The position numbers and the translations under genes were made by a program. The notes beneath the pieces are model-generated. The model was not told where the DNA came from and did no database searches. It saw nothing but the letters and a program-made list of their open reading frames with translations. Shown piece after piece: positions 7,766 to 18,295 of a stretch of DNA of 64,000 nucleotides. The DNA is taken from NCBI GenBank assembly GCA_963700985.1, contig OY969554.1:1-64000 (forward strand), written 5' to 3'. Source of the stretch: an uncultured Chlamydiales bacterium (GTDB lineage: Bacteria; Chlamydiota; Chlamydiia; Chlamydiales; Rhabdochlamydiaceae). How positions within the stretch are numbered: the first letter of the stretch is position 1; every line of letters begins with the position of its first letter.

Positions 7766-10006
7766 CTAAAAAAATGTCATTTCGGGATCAATGTCGATCA
7801 AGATGCGAAGCTCGCGTTTGGGCGGAAGCTCTCTTTGTACGAGTTGTAATTTTTGCGCGAGCAGCGCAGGACTTGCACCTTTGACGAGGAATTGAAACCG
7901 AAATCGATCTTGCATTTTGGGATGGCCGCATGCCACCACCGGCAGCAGTTGAAATGAGGGTGGCAACTGGTTGATCAATGTCTTTCTGAACAGATGCGCG
8001 CTTGCTAAGGTCTCTTTTTGTGAGGGGCCAGAAAAGACCACTTTTGCCAGATGGCAAAAGGGTGGAAATCCAAAGAGTTTGCGCATCTCGAGTTCATCTT
8101 GAAAAAAAGCTTCATAATTTTGTGCTGCAGCAAGGCGCATGGTGGCATGTTCTGGCATATGCGTCTGAATAATCACCTCACCGGCCAGTTCTGCCCTTCC
8201 AGCTCGGCCAGCAACTTGAGTGAGTAGCTGGAAGGTTTTCTCCTGCGCGCGAAAGTCTGGAATGTTAAGCGAGCTATCGGCATGCAGCACGCCCACGAGC
8301 GTTACAGAAGGTAAATGCAGTCCTTTAGCCACCATCTGTGTGCCGATCAATACATCGGCTTTGCCTGATCGAAACTGCTTGAAAATCTGTTCGTGGCTGC
8401 CTTTATGGCGTGTGGTGTCTGCATCGAGACGCAGTGTGCGTACATCTGGTAAAATAGCGTGCAGCGCGCGTTCGGCCATTTCGGTGCCAGCGCCTTTATA
8501 TTTTAGCGTCTCTTCGGCGTGACATTGCGGGCAAGCGCGCAGGGGTGGCAAACGGTAGTCGCAGAGGTGGCAGGCTAAGATCTCTTCGCCTAAGTGATAG
8601 GTAAGTGCCAGATCGCAATGTGGACACTTGGCGATGTGCCCGCAACTCTTGCAAAGACAAGAAGTGTGATAGCCACGTCGATTAAGCAGAAGAATAGTCT
8701 GTTCACCTAAGCTGCGTCTTTTTTTGATCGCTTCGATCAATCTTTCTGAAAAGAGCGTAAAACCTTTGGCGCGCTCAAATTCGCGTTTCATATCGACTAA
8801 AATAACCGGCGCAAGCAGAGCTTGATCACTTCGATTCGTTAATGTCGAAAGCTGATATTTGTTTTTGAGCGCGTTGTGATAGCTCTCCAAACTTGGGGTG
8901 GCGCTGCCTAAAACCACTGTGGCTTTTTCTAATTTTGCACGCATGAGCGCCACATCACGCGCATGATAAGTGGGCTGCTCATCCTGCTGTTTAAATGCGC
9001 TTTCATGCTCTTCGTCAACGATGATCAGGCCGAGATCAGGCATGGGGCTGAAGATGGCCGAGCGTGCGCCCATCACGATGCGGATCTGCCCATCGCGGAT
9101 TTTGCGCCAGCTCTCATGACGTTCGCCATCGCTCAAACGATGATGCAAGAGGGCCACCTTCTCGGAAAAGCGCGTGCGGATGCGCTCTAATGTTTGCGAA
9201 GTGAGGAGGATTTCGGGAACCAAGAAGATCACGCCTTTATTCAAACTCAGCGCGTAATCGATGGCTTGCAGATAAACTTCCGTTTTACCGCTGCCAGTTA
9301 CACCGAGCAAGAGATGGGGCGCAAATTGAGCAGCTTCTAGGCTGGTGTTGATTTTCTTTAAGGCATCGGCTTGTTCTCCGCGCAAAACTTTATGTTTAGT
9401 CGCAAAGACTTCTTGCGCGTCAATAGGTGAAGTTCCGGCTGTAACAGGCTCGGTGAAGAGGATGTTTTTCTTAACCAGCGAGTGCAAGGGGCTTGCTGAG
9501 ATCTGGGCTTTTTCAAGTAGCTCGGTAAGCAGCAGCCCTTTGGGATGCATGAGCAGCGTATCGAGCAGCAATGCTTGTTGCGGGTTTTTGGTGCGCAGCT
9601 CTTCGCAGAGGCTGACTAGTTCCGGCCGCGAAAGACGCGAGCTGACAAATAGCTGTGTGCGTTTTTTGGCGTTATTGCGCATGCCAGGTGGCATCATCAT
9701 TTTGAGCACCTTGCGCATGGGGGTGCAGTAGTATCGTGACATCCATTCGGCCAAAGAGAAAAGCGCAGGGGAAATGGCGGGCTTTTCGGAAAGCAGCGCT
9801 AAAATATTCTGCACGGTGGCGATTTCTGGACTCTTTTTGAGAGTTAGAATCGTGCCTTTTTTAGGCTTCCCACGCAACGGAACGCTCACACGCATGCCGA
9901 TCTGGCATGTAGCCAAAAGCTCTTCGGGGATTTTGTAGTCGAGGGGTTTGTCGATGCCATCATCGAGAAGGACAGCGGCAAAGCCTACTTTCTCAAGATG
10001 TGACAT
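7766..10006 (-). CDS. priA: Primosomal protein N' (replication restart helicase)
   Basis: GVTGSGKTEVY, DEEH, LGSATP, LNRRGY, four CxxC pairs, QVAGRAGR; start taken at ATG 10006 (ORF track begins at TTG 10018). Confidence 0.97.
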   Translation of the reverse strand: MSHLEKVGFAAVLLDDGIDKPLDYKIPEELLATCQIGMRVSVPLRGKPKKGTILTLKKSPEIATVQNILALLSEKPAISPALFSLAEWMSRYYCTPMRKVLKMMMPPGMRNNAKKRTQLFVSSRLSRPELVSLCEELRTKNPQQALLLDTLLMHPKGLLLTELLEKAQISASPLHSLVKKNILFTEPVTAGTSPIDAQEVFATKHKVLRGEQADALKKINTSLEAAQFAPHLLLGVTGSGKTEVYLQAIDYALSLNKGVIFLVPEILLTSQTLERIRTRFSEKVALLHHRLSDGERHESWRKIRDGQIRIVMGARSAIFSPMPDLGLIIVDEEHESAFKQQDEQPTYHARDVALMRAKLEKATVVLGSATPSLESYHNALKNKYQLSTLTNRSDQALLAPVILVDMKREFERAKGFTLFSERLIEAIKKRRSLGEQTILLLNRRGYHTSCLCKSCGHIAKCPHCDLALTYHLGEEILACHLCDYRLPPLRACPQCHAEETLKYKGAGTEMAERALHAILPDVRTLRLDADTTRHKGSHEQIFKQFRSGKADVLIGTQMVAKGLHLPSVTLVGVLHADSSLNIPDFRAQEKTFQLLTQVAGRAGRAELAGEVIIQTHMPEHATMRLAAAQNYEAFFQDELEMRKLFGFPPFCHLAKVVFSGPSQKETLASAHLFRKTLINQLPPSFQLLPVVACGHPKMQDRFRFQFLVKGASPALLAQKLQLVQRELPPKRELRILIDIDPEMTFF

Positions 10007-10770
10007 ATCTTTTTCCAAAGCGCAGCTTTGTCTTTTTTGATTTCAGGATTTAGCAGAATAAGTGGAGTGTTGGCCAAAAGGGGATCGGACACCGAAGTTG
10101 CCGGCTGATAAAAATCTTTAATTTCGAGCAGCTTAAAGAATGAGCTCTCTTCAGCGATGATCAGCTCAAAGGCATTGAGTTGGAAAATAAGTTCCCATTT
10201 CTTTTCTTTTTCGAGGCTGAGCGCATCTAAAATCTTGGTCGGTTTTAATTGGGTGTGGATCGCCTTGGCGAGATTTTTGAGCAGCAGCAGCTCTTCATCT
10301 TTTTCGCCAAATGAAAGGATCAATGCATTCGCGGAAACGACATGTTTTTTCCAGCGTGAGGCAACTTCTTTAGCTCGTGCATCATCGGGCGGAGTTTCCA
10401 CATAAACCACTGTCGGAAAGTTACGTGCCAGCGCTCTTCGCCACTCTTCCATCGGGAGTGGAGAATTTTTTATAGCTGCTTTAGGTTTTGTCTCAGCGAT
10501 TATTTCTTTTGGTGCTTCCGGCGGAGCTGTTTTTTTAGGCTCTTCTTGATTTGGTGTAAGAGGAGGAAGCAGGGGCTTTGGTGCCGGAGGAGGTGTAGAG
10601 AAGGCGATCGGAGCGGGCTGTTTTAAAGGTTCTTTTTTTAAAGCAGGAGTGCGGAAATAAGCATGCTCTTCTTTGGGAACAAGTAGAAATTTTTTCGAGC
10701 GCGCCTCTTCTTTAGCAAGGGCGAGCGTATCTTTGACAAGCTGCTGATAAAAGTCTTGTTTGTTATTCAT
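9985..10770 (-). CDS. Hypothetical protein with Pro-rich linker (position equivalent to chlamydial CT779)
   Basis: Overlaps ftsY stop and priA start; 261-aa ORF; ortholog call rests on synteny only. Confidence 0.7.
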   Translation of the reverse strand: MNNKQDFYQQLVKDTLALAKEEARSKKFLLVPKEEHAYFRTPALKKEPLKQPAPIAFSTPPPAPKPLLPPLTPNQEEPKKTAPPEAPKEIIAETKPKAAIKNSPLPMEEWRRALARNFPTVVYVETPPDDARAKEVASRWKKHVVSANALILSFGEKDEELLLLKNLAKAIHTQLKPTKILDALSLEKEKKWELIFQLNAFELIIAEESSFFKLLEIKDFYQPATSVSDPLLANTPLILLNPEIKKDKAALWKKICHILRK

Positions 10771-11698
10771 CCAAATTAAAAAGCGCGTTGACGTAACTTT
10801 CTTGGTCGAAGGGGAGAAGGTCTTCCATCTGCTCGCCCACTCCGATCCATCTTATCGGAATACCGAGTTGTTTGTAGATAGAAAGTGCAATGCCCCCTTT
10901 GGCAGAACCGTCGAGCTTGGCGAGAATGATGCCGGTCAGCGGGGTAAATTGATGGAAGATAGTGGCTTGATCGACGGCGTTTTGACCTGTGGTTGAATCT
11001 AATACTAGCCAGGTCTCATGGGGAGCTGTAGGAACAACTTTCGCGCACACCTTGCGCATCTTCTCGAGCTCACGCATAAGCTCAGTCTTATTTTGTAGTC
11101 TTCCTGCGGTGTCGATGATGACAACGTCAGACTGGCGTGCGGTTGCAGCCGTGAGTGCATCAAATGCTACGGCCGAAGGGTCGCTGCCAGGTTTTGATTT
11201 CACGATCTCGCAACCTAGGCGTTCAGCCCAGGTGGTGAGCTGTTCGATAGCCGCGGCACGGAAAGTATCTCCCGCAGCCAATAGCACCTTTTTTTTCTCA
11301 GCTTGAAAGTTGCGTGCAAGCTTAGCAATCGAAGTGGTCTTTCCGCTGCCATTGACGCCTACGATCAAGATCACTAGCGGTTGGCCAGCTTCGGGAACCC
11401 GAGGCGCAGTTTTAGGAGGGCCTTGCAGAATTTGCAGGGAAAAATCACGCAGTGCGCTTAAAATTTCTTCTTTCGTTGCAGCGGGGTTTTTACGCAGGAA
11501 TTGCTTAGTGAACTGAACGAACTCTTCCGCACAGAGGGAACCTAGATCGGCCTCATAGAGAATCGTTTCCAGCTCCTCGAATGTTTTTTCATCCCAAGGC
11601 TTGCTGAAAAGTGCCTGGATCTTCCCGCCCAGCAGTGAGCGCGTCTTCGCTAGGGCAGTTTTTACCTTCTGAAAGCCTGTCTTAAGAAATCCAAACAT
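10763..11698 (-). CDS. ftsY: Signal recognition particle receptor FtsY
   Basis: GVNGSGKTTSIAKLA, DTFRAAA, DTAGRLQ, KLDGSAKGG, GVGE. Confidence 0.97.
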   Translation of the reverse strand: MFGFLKTGFQKVKTALAKTRSLLGGKIQALFSKPWDEKTFEELETILYEADLGSLCAEEFVQFTKQFLRKNPAATKEEILSALRDFSLQILQGPPKTAPRVPEAGQPLVILIVGVNGSGKTTSIAKLARNFQAEKKKVLLAAGDTFRAAAIEQLTTWAERLGCEIVKSKPGSDPSAVAFDALTAATARQSDVVIIDTAGRLQNKTELMRELEKMRKVCAKVVPTAPHETWLVLDSTTGQNAVDQATIFHQFTPLTGIILAKLDGSAKGGIALSIYKQLGIPIRWIGVGEQMEDLLPFDQESYVNALFNLDE

Positions 11699-11736
11699 AT
11701 GTTTTCAAGTACATCTTATTCATTAAAGATAGAACA

Positions 11737-11921
11737 AACCACAGAGGCACAGAGAGCACAGAGTTCAAGAAAGAGAGATCATTTTTTCCAAGTGAAGGAA
11801 AAAATGACATTCTCTCGCCGCACAAATGTCGGCGAAGCCGAGAAAGTTTGTTTTTTCGCCTTGCTCGCGAAAAAATAATCTTCTTCTTTCTTCACTCGGT
11901 GTACTCTGTGCCTCTGTGGTT
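11737..11921. repeat. ~185-bp element with ~52-bp imperfect terminal inverted repeats (MITE/REP-like)
   Basis: Left AACCACAGAGGCACAGAG..AAGAAAGAGAGATCATTTTTTC against reverse-complemented right AACCACAGAGGCACAGAG..AAGAAAGAAGAAGATTATTTTTTC; outer 18 bp perfect. Confidence 0.75.
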
Positions 11922-12040
11922 AAATTTTTCTATGCAAAAAAATTATTAAGACCCCCACGTCCTTTAAAGGCCCAAATTCTATTGCTGGAAATGGGATTCT
12001 ATCAGATAAGGAATTTCAAGAACTAAAAAGATGGTTTGCG

Positions 12041-13210
12041 ATGAATATCCATGAGTATCAGGCCAAAGAGGTCTTATCCCGTTATAAGATTCCCATTCCG
12101 TCTTTCGGAGTGGCGAGTAATCCTCATGAAGTGGAAAAGGTGATTAAGGCGCTGGGTTTAAAAGAAGCCGTAGTCAAGATTCAGGTGCATGCAGGTGGAA
12201 GAGGCAAGGCTGGCGGCGTCAAATTTGCTAAAACACCCGAAGAGATCACCTCTGTGGCCGCCAAACTCATCGGCATGAAGATGGTCAATAACCAGACTGG
12301 CAAAGAAGGGGTGGTAGCCCATCAGGTGCTCATCTCGAAGCCACTTGAGATCAAACGCGAATATTACCTTGGTGCGGTGATCGATCGCAGCCGCGCGCTG
12401 CCGATTTTAATCGCCTCTCCCGAAGGCGGTATGGAGATCGAAGAAATAGCGGTTTCTCATCCAGACAAAATTCTCAAACTTCCCATTAGCTCCGACGGCA
12501 GCCTGAAATCTTTTCACCTTCTGCGCCTTTGTAATTTCATGGGATGGGAGGGAGAAACTGCTAAAGCAGGGAAGATGATTGCCCAAGGCGTGGCCAAAGC
12601 GTTTATCGACTGCGACTGCGATCTCTTGGAAATTAACCCACTGGTTGAAGATCCTCAAGGACAGATCTGGGCGCTGGATGCCAAGATGAGCATCGATGAT
12701 AACGCGCTTTTTCGTCATCCGGAGCTGGCCGCATTTTACGATGCCACTCAGCTTTCAAAAAACGAGGTGATGGCCAAAGAGTTTGACCTAGCCTTTATCG
12801 CGCTCGATGGCAACATCGGCTGCATGGTTAACGGCGCAGGTCTTGCTATGGCAACCATGGACATCATTCACTATTATGGCGGCCATCCTGCTAACTTTCT
12901 CGATGTAGGCGGTGGTGCGTCCAAAGAAAAAGTATCTGAAGCATTTAAGATTTTACTGATGGATCCACAAGTGAAGTCGATCCTGGTGAATATCTTTGGT
13001 GGCATCATGAACTGCGCAGTGCTGGCTGAAGGGATCATTCACGCGGCATCAGAACTTTCCCTCAAAGTGCCACTCATTGTACGCATGGAAGGCACCTATG
13101 TTGAAGAGGGCAAAAAGCTTTTAAAAGATTCGGGTTTGCCAATTAGTACGGCTGATACTTTGGAAGAGGCGGCTAAAAAAGCAGTGGCTTCAGTAAAAGG
13201 GAGAGGATGA
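12041..13210 (+). CDS. sucC: Succinate--CoA ligase subunit beta
   Basis: [51 protein letters not shown]. Confidence 0.98.
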   Translation: MNIHEYQAKEVLSRYKIPIPSFGVASNPHEVEKVIKALGLKEAVVKIQVHAGGRGKAGGVKFAKTPEEITSVAAKLIGMKMVNNQTGKEGVVAHQVLISKPLEIKREYYLGAVIDRSRALPILIASPEGGMEIEEIAVSHPDKILKLPISSDGSLKSFHLLRLCNFMGWEGETAKAGKMIAQGVAKAFIDCDCDLLEINPLVEDPQGQIWALDAKMSIDDNALFRHPELAAFYDATQLSKNEVMAKEFDLAFIALDGNIGCMVNGAGLAMATMDIIHYYGGHPANFLDVGGGASKEKVSEAFKILLMDPQVKSILVNIFGGIMNCAVLAEGIIHAASELSLKVPLIVRMEGTYVEEGKKLLKDSGLPISTADTLEEAAKKAVASVKGRG

Positions 13211-13211
13211 A

Positions 13212-14090
13212 ATGGCGATTTTAATAAATAAAAAGACCCGTGTCATCACGCAAGGAATTTCAGGTAAAGCCGGACGCTTTCATACCGAGCAGGGCATCGC
13301 TTATGGTTCGACGTATGTGGGTGGTGTTACTCCTGGCAAACGCGGACAAGAAGTGCTCGGCCTGCCTGTATTTGACACAGTTTACGAAGCAAAACAAAAA
13401 GTAAATTGCGACGCCTCTCTTATCTTTGTACCAGCGCCTTATGCAGCCGATGCAATTTTAGAAGCTGAAGATGCAGGAATCCCTCTTATTGTGTGCATTA
13501 CTGAGGGGATTCCTATCCGCGATATGATCGAAGTCAGCCGTGTGATGCGCAGCAGTAAAAAAAGCCGTTTGATTGGCCCCAACTGCCCTGGCATCATTAC
13601 GCCTGGCGAGTGCAAAATTGGCATCATGCCAGGATATATCCACAAACGCGGCAAAGTAGGCATTGTCTCGCGTTCCGGAACACTAACCTATGAAGCTGTT
13701 TGGCAAACGACTCTGCTCGATTTGGGTCAAACCACGTGCGTGGGTATCGGCGGCGATCCGCTCAATGGCACCAACTTTATCGATGTGCTCGAACTGTTCG
13801 AAAAAGACCCTGAGACCAAAGCGATCTTATTAATCGGGGAGATCGGAGGCGATGCGGAAGAGCAAGCAGCCGAGTGGATTAAAAAACATGGCACCAAGCC
13901 TGTGGCGGCTTTCATCGCAGGTGTAACCGCACCACCCGGTAGACGCATGGGCCATGCTGGCGCAATCGTCTCTGGCGGGAAAGGCACTGCCCAAAGCAAA
14001 ATGGAAGCTTTAAGAGCAGCCGGGGTATTCGTCACTGAATCACCAGCCGAAATGGGCAAAGCTGTGCAACAAATCCTTGCAAAATCATGA
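13212..14090 (+). CDS. sucD: Succinate--CoA ligase subunit alpha
   Basis: [27 protein letters not shown] (phospho-His). Confidence 0.98.
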   Translation: MAILINKKTRVITQGISGKAGRFHTEQGIAYGSTYVGGVTPGKRGQEVLGLPVFDTVYEAKQKVNCDASLIFVPAPYAADAILEAEDAGIPLIVCITEGIPIRDMIEVSRVMRSSKKSRLIGPNCPGIITPGECKIGIMPGYIHKRGKVGIVSRSGTLTYEAVWQTTLLDLGQTTCVGIGGDPLNGTNFIDVLELFEKDPETKAILLIGEIGGDAEEQAAEWIKKHGTKPVAAFIAGVTAPPGRRMGHAGAIVSGGKGTAQSKMEALRAAGVFVTESPAEMGKAVQQILAKS

Positions 14091-15232
14091 TACGCATCGG
14101 CGGACGCATTCCCATTACCATCTATCCCACTTTCTGGATCGTGGCGGCGCTTATCGGTTATGTCAATAGCTTCTCTTGGATGGGCACGCTCATCTGGATG
14201 GTAATCATCTTTATCTCTGTGCTTTTCCACGAATTTGGCCATGCGCTGACCTCAGTTCTTTTTGGAAAAAATCCACGCATTGAACTCGTGGCCTGGGGAG
14301 GCCTTACCTATCACGAAGGTGAGAATCTCTCATTTCCTAAGCAATTTCTTATTGTTTTCGATGGCCCACTTTTTGGGTTCATCCTCTTTCTGATTGCAAC
14401 TGCGCTTTTGCAGTTTGTAACTTTTACCAATGAAAATATTGCCGGCGCCCTACATACGCTGCAATGGGTGAATCTCTTTTGGACGCTATTGAATTTGCTT
14501 CCGGTGATGCCACTTGACGGCGGCCAACTTCTGCGTATCTGCTGCGAAGCTTTTTGGGGGGTGCGCGGCTTGAAATATGCGCTGCTTGTGAGCATGGGTA
14601 TCGCCGTCATCATGAGCCTCTTCTTTTTTCTTTATCAGGCCGTTTTGGTTGGAGCGCTCTTTTTTCTGCTGGCGTTTCAGAGTTTTGACACTTGGCGTAA
14701 AAGCAAATTGCTCTCTGAACAAGATCGCAATGCGGACATAAAAAAGCGGATTAAAGCCGCCGAAATCGCGCTGCATGATGGACGCAAAGATGAAGCAAAA
14801 GAGGCGCTGATCGATATCCGCACCCGCGCCAAAGAGGGGATTACCTCACTGCTTGCAGCTCAATATCTCGCTTATATCTATTATGAAGAGGGGAAGTCTA
14901 AAGAGACCTACGAGCTGCTACTTCCGTTGCGTAAAGAGCTCTCGTCCGATGCGCTCTGTCTTTTGCACAAAGCCGCGTTTGATCAGAAAGATTATCCGCT
15001 AGTCATCGAGCTCGGTGGCACCTGTTTCCAGACCTGGCCCAGCGTCGAAACGGCACTGCGCAATGCTTCTGCTTGTGCTGCGCTCGCACAAGTGACGCCC
15101 GCACTCGGCTGGCTGCAAACTGCTCTCAAGGAGGGCTTAGAGAACATTGCCGAAATTCTCCAAGAGCCTGTCTTCGATCTTATCCGTCTAGATCCCGCCT
15201 TTCAGAGCTTTGTAGCTCACCTCAAAGCTTAG
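14087..15232 (+). CDS. Site-2 protease (peptidase M50) with C-terminal TPR-like helices
   Basis: HEFGH zinc motif, [11 protein letters not shown], multiple TM segments, helical-repeat C-terminus; ATGA overlap with sucD. Confidence 0.9.
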   Translation: MIRIGGRIPITIYPTFWIVAALIGYVNSFSWMGTLIWMVIIFISVLFHEFGHALTSVLFGKNPRIELVAWGGLTYHEGENLSFPKQFLIVFDGPLFGFILFLIATALLQFVTFTNENIAGALHTLQWVNLFWTLLNLLPVMPLDGGQLLRICCEAFWGVRGLKYALLVSMGIAVIMSLFFFLYQAVLVGALFFLLAFQSFDTWRKSKLLSEQDRNADIKKRIKAAEIALHDGRKDEAKEALIDIRTRAKEGITSLLAAQYLAYIYYEEGKSKETYELLLPLRKELSSDALCLLHKAAFDQKDYPLVIELGGTCFQTWPSVETALRNASACAALAQVTPALGWLQTALKEGLENIAEILQEPVFDLIRLDPAFQSFVAHLKA

Positions 15233-15269
15233 ACTTCTTTCGAAATTCGATTTGCACGCCAAAATAGAA

Positions 15270-16400
15270 TTATATTAAACACATTTTTAGCCAGATGGCA
15301 AAAAGTGGATCATCGAAAGTCACAAAACCGCGGCCGACACCTTCTTCCTCTAAGATACCTTTTTCTTTTAATGCTTTAATTGCAGAGGCCAAAGCCGGAG
15401 CGCTAGAGATCTCATACTTAGCGAGCAGCTCTTTCTGAAAGATCTGCTTATTCTCGATTGCAGCAAGCCTAAGAGCTCTTTGTTGCGTGCGCGAAAGTGA
15501 GTTGAGGAGCGTTTGATAGGTGTACGTATTTTGACGAGCTACTTCCAAGAGTATTTTCTCGACTTCTTTCCCACTTACACGCTTTTTACTTTGAGCAACA
15601 AGGTGAAAACAGATCATTTGAACATAATTTGGTGTATCTTGTACTAGTGATCTGAGATGTTTTATGGCATCGCGCGTGCATTTGATTTTAATTAACGAAA
15701 AGCGGTCGAGAATCCAATCTGTGAATTCATTTCCCAAGGAAGGGAATTCGATAGGTTGACATGAACGGTAAAGAGGACGTGCGCGATCATTTAACATTTC
15801 ATAAATGAGGCTTTTGCGCGATCCAGTAAATAAAAATGAGGTGTTTTTAAGTTGCTGCATATGTGTACGCAGAGTGGCTTCTAGCCAGCCATCATCCCCA
15901 ATTTCACAAATCTTTTGAAATTCATCGATAGCAACGATCACTTTTTTGCCGAGATTGCTTAATCCCAGAAGCACGTCCTGAATTGACTCTTTCACATCTT
16001 TTTCAGAAAATTTATCTATGGCAAGACCAAGCGCTGTTTGTCCGGAATTGGGGTCTAGTTCTGCAGAGATTTTTGGACGTAATCCCGAGAGCATTTTCAG
16101 CCATCTTTGCCATATGCTTTTTTTTGACTTGATTGCCCTTAGCATCTGATGCAGGAAATCTCGATGCGAGGTGATATTGAAGATGTCGACAAAAAGGCAA
16201 ACGTATGATTCATCTTCGAGCTCTTTTAGTAAATTCAAGACAAATGATGTTTTTCCAAACCGCCTTGGACCAATCAAGACAACATGAATTCGATTAACAA
16301 GAAACTGAATGAGTGTTTTTGAAAGATCCGTACGAGGTAAATAATATTCTCCCTCGACCGGATCGCCAAATTTGAATGGATTGAGCTGTAGTTCTTTCAT
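15270..16400 (-). CDS. Stand-alone P-loop ATPase (archaeal-ATPase/AAA-like) with C-terminal winged helix
   Basis: NPFKFG N-terminus, Walker A GPRRFGKTS, Walker B VAIDEFQ, FTGS, C-terminal DPLFAIW; start taken at ATG 16400. Confidence 0.85.
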   Translation of the reverse strand: MKELQLNPFKFGDPVEGEYYLPRTDLSKTLIQFLVNRIHVVLIGPRRFGKTSFVLNLLKELEDESYVCLFVDIFNITSHRDFLHQMLRAIKSKKSIWQRWLKMLSGLRPKISAELDPNSGQTALGLAIDKFSEKDVKESIQDVLLGLSNLGKKVIVAIDEFQKICEIGDDGWLEATLRTHMQQLKNTSFLFTGSRKSLIYEMLNDRARPLYRSCQPIEFPSLGNEFTDWILDRFSLIKIKCTRDAIKHLRSLVQDTPNYVQMICFHLVAQSKKRVSGKEVEKILLEVARQNTYTYQTLLNSLSRTQQRALRLAAIENKQIFQKELLAKYEISSAPALASAIKALKEKGILEEEGVGRGFVTFDDPLFAIWLKMCLI

Positions 16401-16451
16401 GCTTACATTAGTAACAAATCTGTTACTAATTGGCAAGCGACAAAACCACAG

Positions 16452-17696
16452 TCAAAGCTTAATAGTTAGGAGCTCATCCCAACTGGTAGTGAAGCGCTGC
16501 GAGCAGCTCTCTTTATTTGCTTTCCACTCTTTTTCAAGGCCTTCGGCCGCAAATTGTAAACTCGTTTTGCCAAAAGAGCTATTCACTTGATCGAGAAGCG
16601 CCATAACGCGCTCTCTTTTTTCATCTCTTTTGATGTCAGTAGCGAAGAGATCAGGTTGCTGAAGCTGCATGGGCGAGATCTCGTTGAAAGTGATGCCCGC
16701 TTTTTTATAGAGAAAGCCGGGACGGTAGATCTTGCGTAGCATCTCTTTAGCTGCTGAGATGAGTTGCGGAGTATAGGCAGTAGGTTCAGTTAGAGTAAGT
16801 GTAAGTGCATTTGCATAATAAGTGGGTGGTTCAAGAAAAGGAGAAGTGGTGATAAAAACGGAAAGGACGCTTGTACATAAACCTTCATCGCGTAGCTTGG
16901 CCGCTGCTGATGCGACATATGATGAAAGGGCTTCTTCCAGCTCAGAGAGTTCAGTTAAACGATGACCAAAAGAGCGTGCGTGAGTAAGCGACTTGCGAAT
17001 CTCAGGAACTTCGTCTTGCGTATGCGTAGAGATGCCGCGCAGCTCCATTACCGTGCGCACAAGCATTACTGAAAAGCGTTTTTGTAGCCAAATTTCGGAG
17101 GCGTCTTTGAGCTGCAGCGCCGTGCGGATGCCTTCTTCCTTGAGCTTGGCATCTAAGCGTCTTCCTACGCCCCAGATATCGGATGGCGCGATCTTGCGCA
17201 GATGTGTATCGATCGTAGCTTTATCGGTAAGTTCGAGTATGCCTGTGGGCATTTTCTTGGCTAAATCATTCGCTACTTTAGCAAGCGTTTTGGTGGGACC
17301 AATACCGATCGAAACAGGAATGCCCGTCCATTGCAAAACACAATTTTTAATTTTCTGCGCTTCTTCTGCAGGCGCGATCAGAAAAGCCTCGTCGACAGAA
17401 TACTCCTCCACCTCGGAACAGAGGCTGCGCAACACCTGCATGACGCGGTGAGACATATCGCCATAGAGAGCAAAATTAGAAGAGAGCGCATGCACGCCTC
17501 GCTCTTTGAACAGCTGCGCATATTGAAACGCAGGTGCACCCATCGGAATGCCTAGCGCTTTGGCTTCTTTGGAGCGCGACACCACGCATCCATCGTTACC
17601 TGAAAGCACAACCACAGGCTTTCCAATTAGGCGCGGATTAAACACCAGCTCGCACGAGACAAAGAATTGATTGCAGTCGATGAGATGGTAAGGCAT
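16452..17696 (-). CDS. umuC: Y-family DNA polymerase V catalytic subunit
   Basis: IDCNQFFVSCE, PVVVLSGNDGCVV, SSNFALYGDMS, YSVDEAF, TKTLAK, C-terminal SQRFTTSWDEL. Confidence 0.95.
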   Translation of the reverse strand: MPYHLIDCNQFFVSCELVFNPRLIGKPVVVLSGNDGCVVSRSKEAKALGIPMGAPAFQYAQLFKERGVHALSSNFALYGDMSHRVMQVLRSLCSEVEEYSVDEAFLIAPAEEAQKIKNCVLQWTGIPVSIGIGPTKTLAKVANDLAKKMPTGILELTDKATIDTHLRKIAPSDIWGVGRRLDAKLKEEGIRTALQLKDASEIWLQKRFSVMLVRTVMELRGISTHTQDEVPEIRKSLTHARSFGHRLTELSELEEALSSYVASAAAKLRDEGLCTSVLSVFITTSPFLEPPTYYANALTLTLTEPTAYTPQLISAAKEMLRKIYRPGFLYKKAGITFNEISPMQLQQPDLFATDIKRDEKRERVMALLDQVNSSFGKTSLQFAAEGLEKEWKANKESCSQRFTTSWDELLTIKL

Positions 17697-17711
17697 GGTT
17701 CAACAAAGTGT

Positions 17712-18197
17712 TTATTTTTTAAGATTGATTATCTGACCATGAGTAATTCTGAGTAGGTCATCAGGTTTGAGCTGAAACACAGCATAGGGAGTGCCAGCTG
17801 CAGCCCATATTTGTTGATATTTCATCAAATCTTCATCGATAAATGGAACAGTATTCAACTTAAATCCTATAGGGGGAATTCCTCCTATCACAAATCCTGT
17901 GTATTTCAGCACATAATCAGCATCAGGCCTTTCTATTGGCTCACCGATAAGGGCTGCAATTTTTTTCTCATCTACTCTATTGATTCCACTGGCAATAATA
18001 CAGATAGGCTTTTCTGAACTTTTCCCTTTAAAAATAAGAGTTTTGGCAATTTGACCTACCTCGCACCCGATAACATTAGCAGCTTCTTGAGATGTACGTG
18101 TAAGTTCGCCGAATTCGATCACCTTTGCATCCGGAATATACTCGCGCAAAATTTCTTGAACACGCTTAGCGGAATCTCTAAGAGGATCATTGCTCAT
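17712..18197 (-). CDS. YbaK/EbsC family aminoacyl-tRNA deacylase
   Basis: QIAKTLIF, TGFVIGGIPPIG, WAAAG. Confidence 0.9.
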   Translation of the reverse strand: MSNDPLRDSAKRVQEILREYIPDAKVIEFGELTRTSQEAANVIGCEVGQIAKTLIFKGKSSEKPICIIASGINRVDEKKIAALIGEPIERPDADYVLKYTGFVIGGIPPIGFKLNTVPFIDEDLMKYQQIWAAAGTPYAVFQLKPDDLLRITHGQIINLKK

Positions 18198-18295
18198 GTT
18201 GGCTCAAAGTTATAGAGTTTGGGATCTGTCGTTGCATCTAATAGATGCAGTCGGCTAGTTTTCTTGGTAATAGATTTTATTTCTATAGGAAATTT

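Noticed and set aside
11826-12026. 66-aa ORF upstream of sucC
   Set aside because: Largely a translation of the inverted-repeat element (SLGVLCASVV); no RBS or domain
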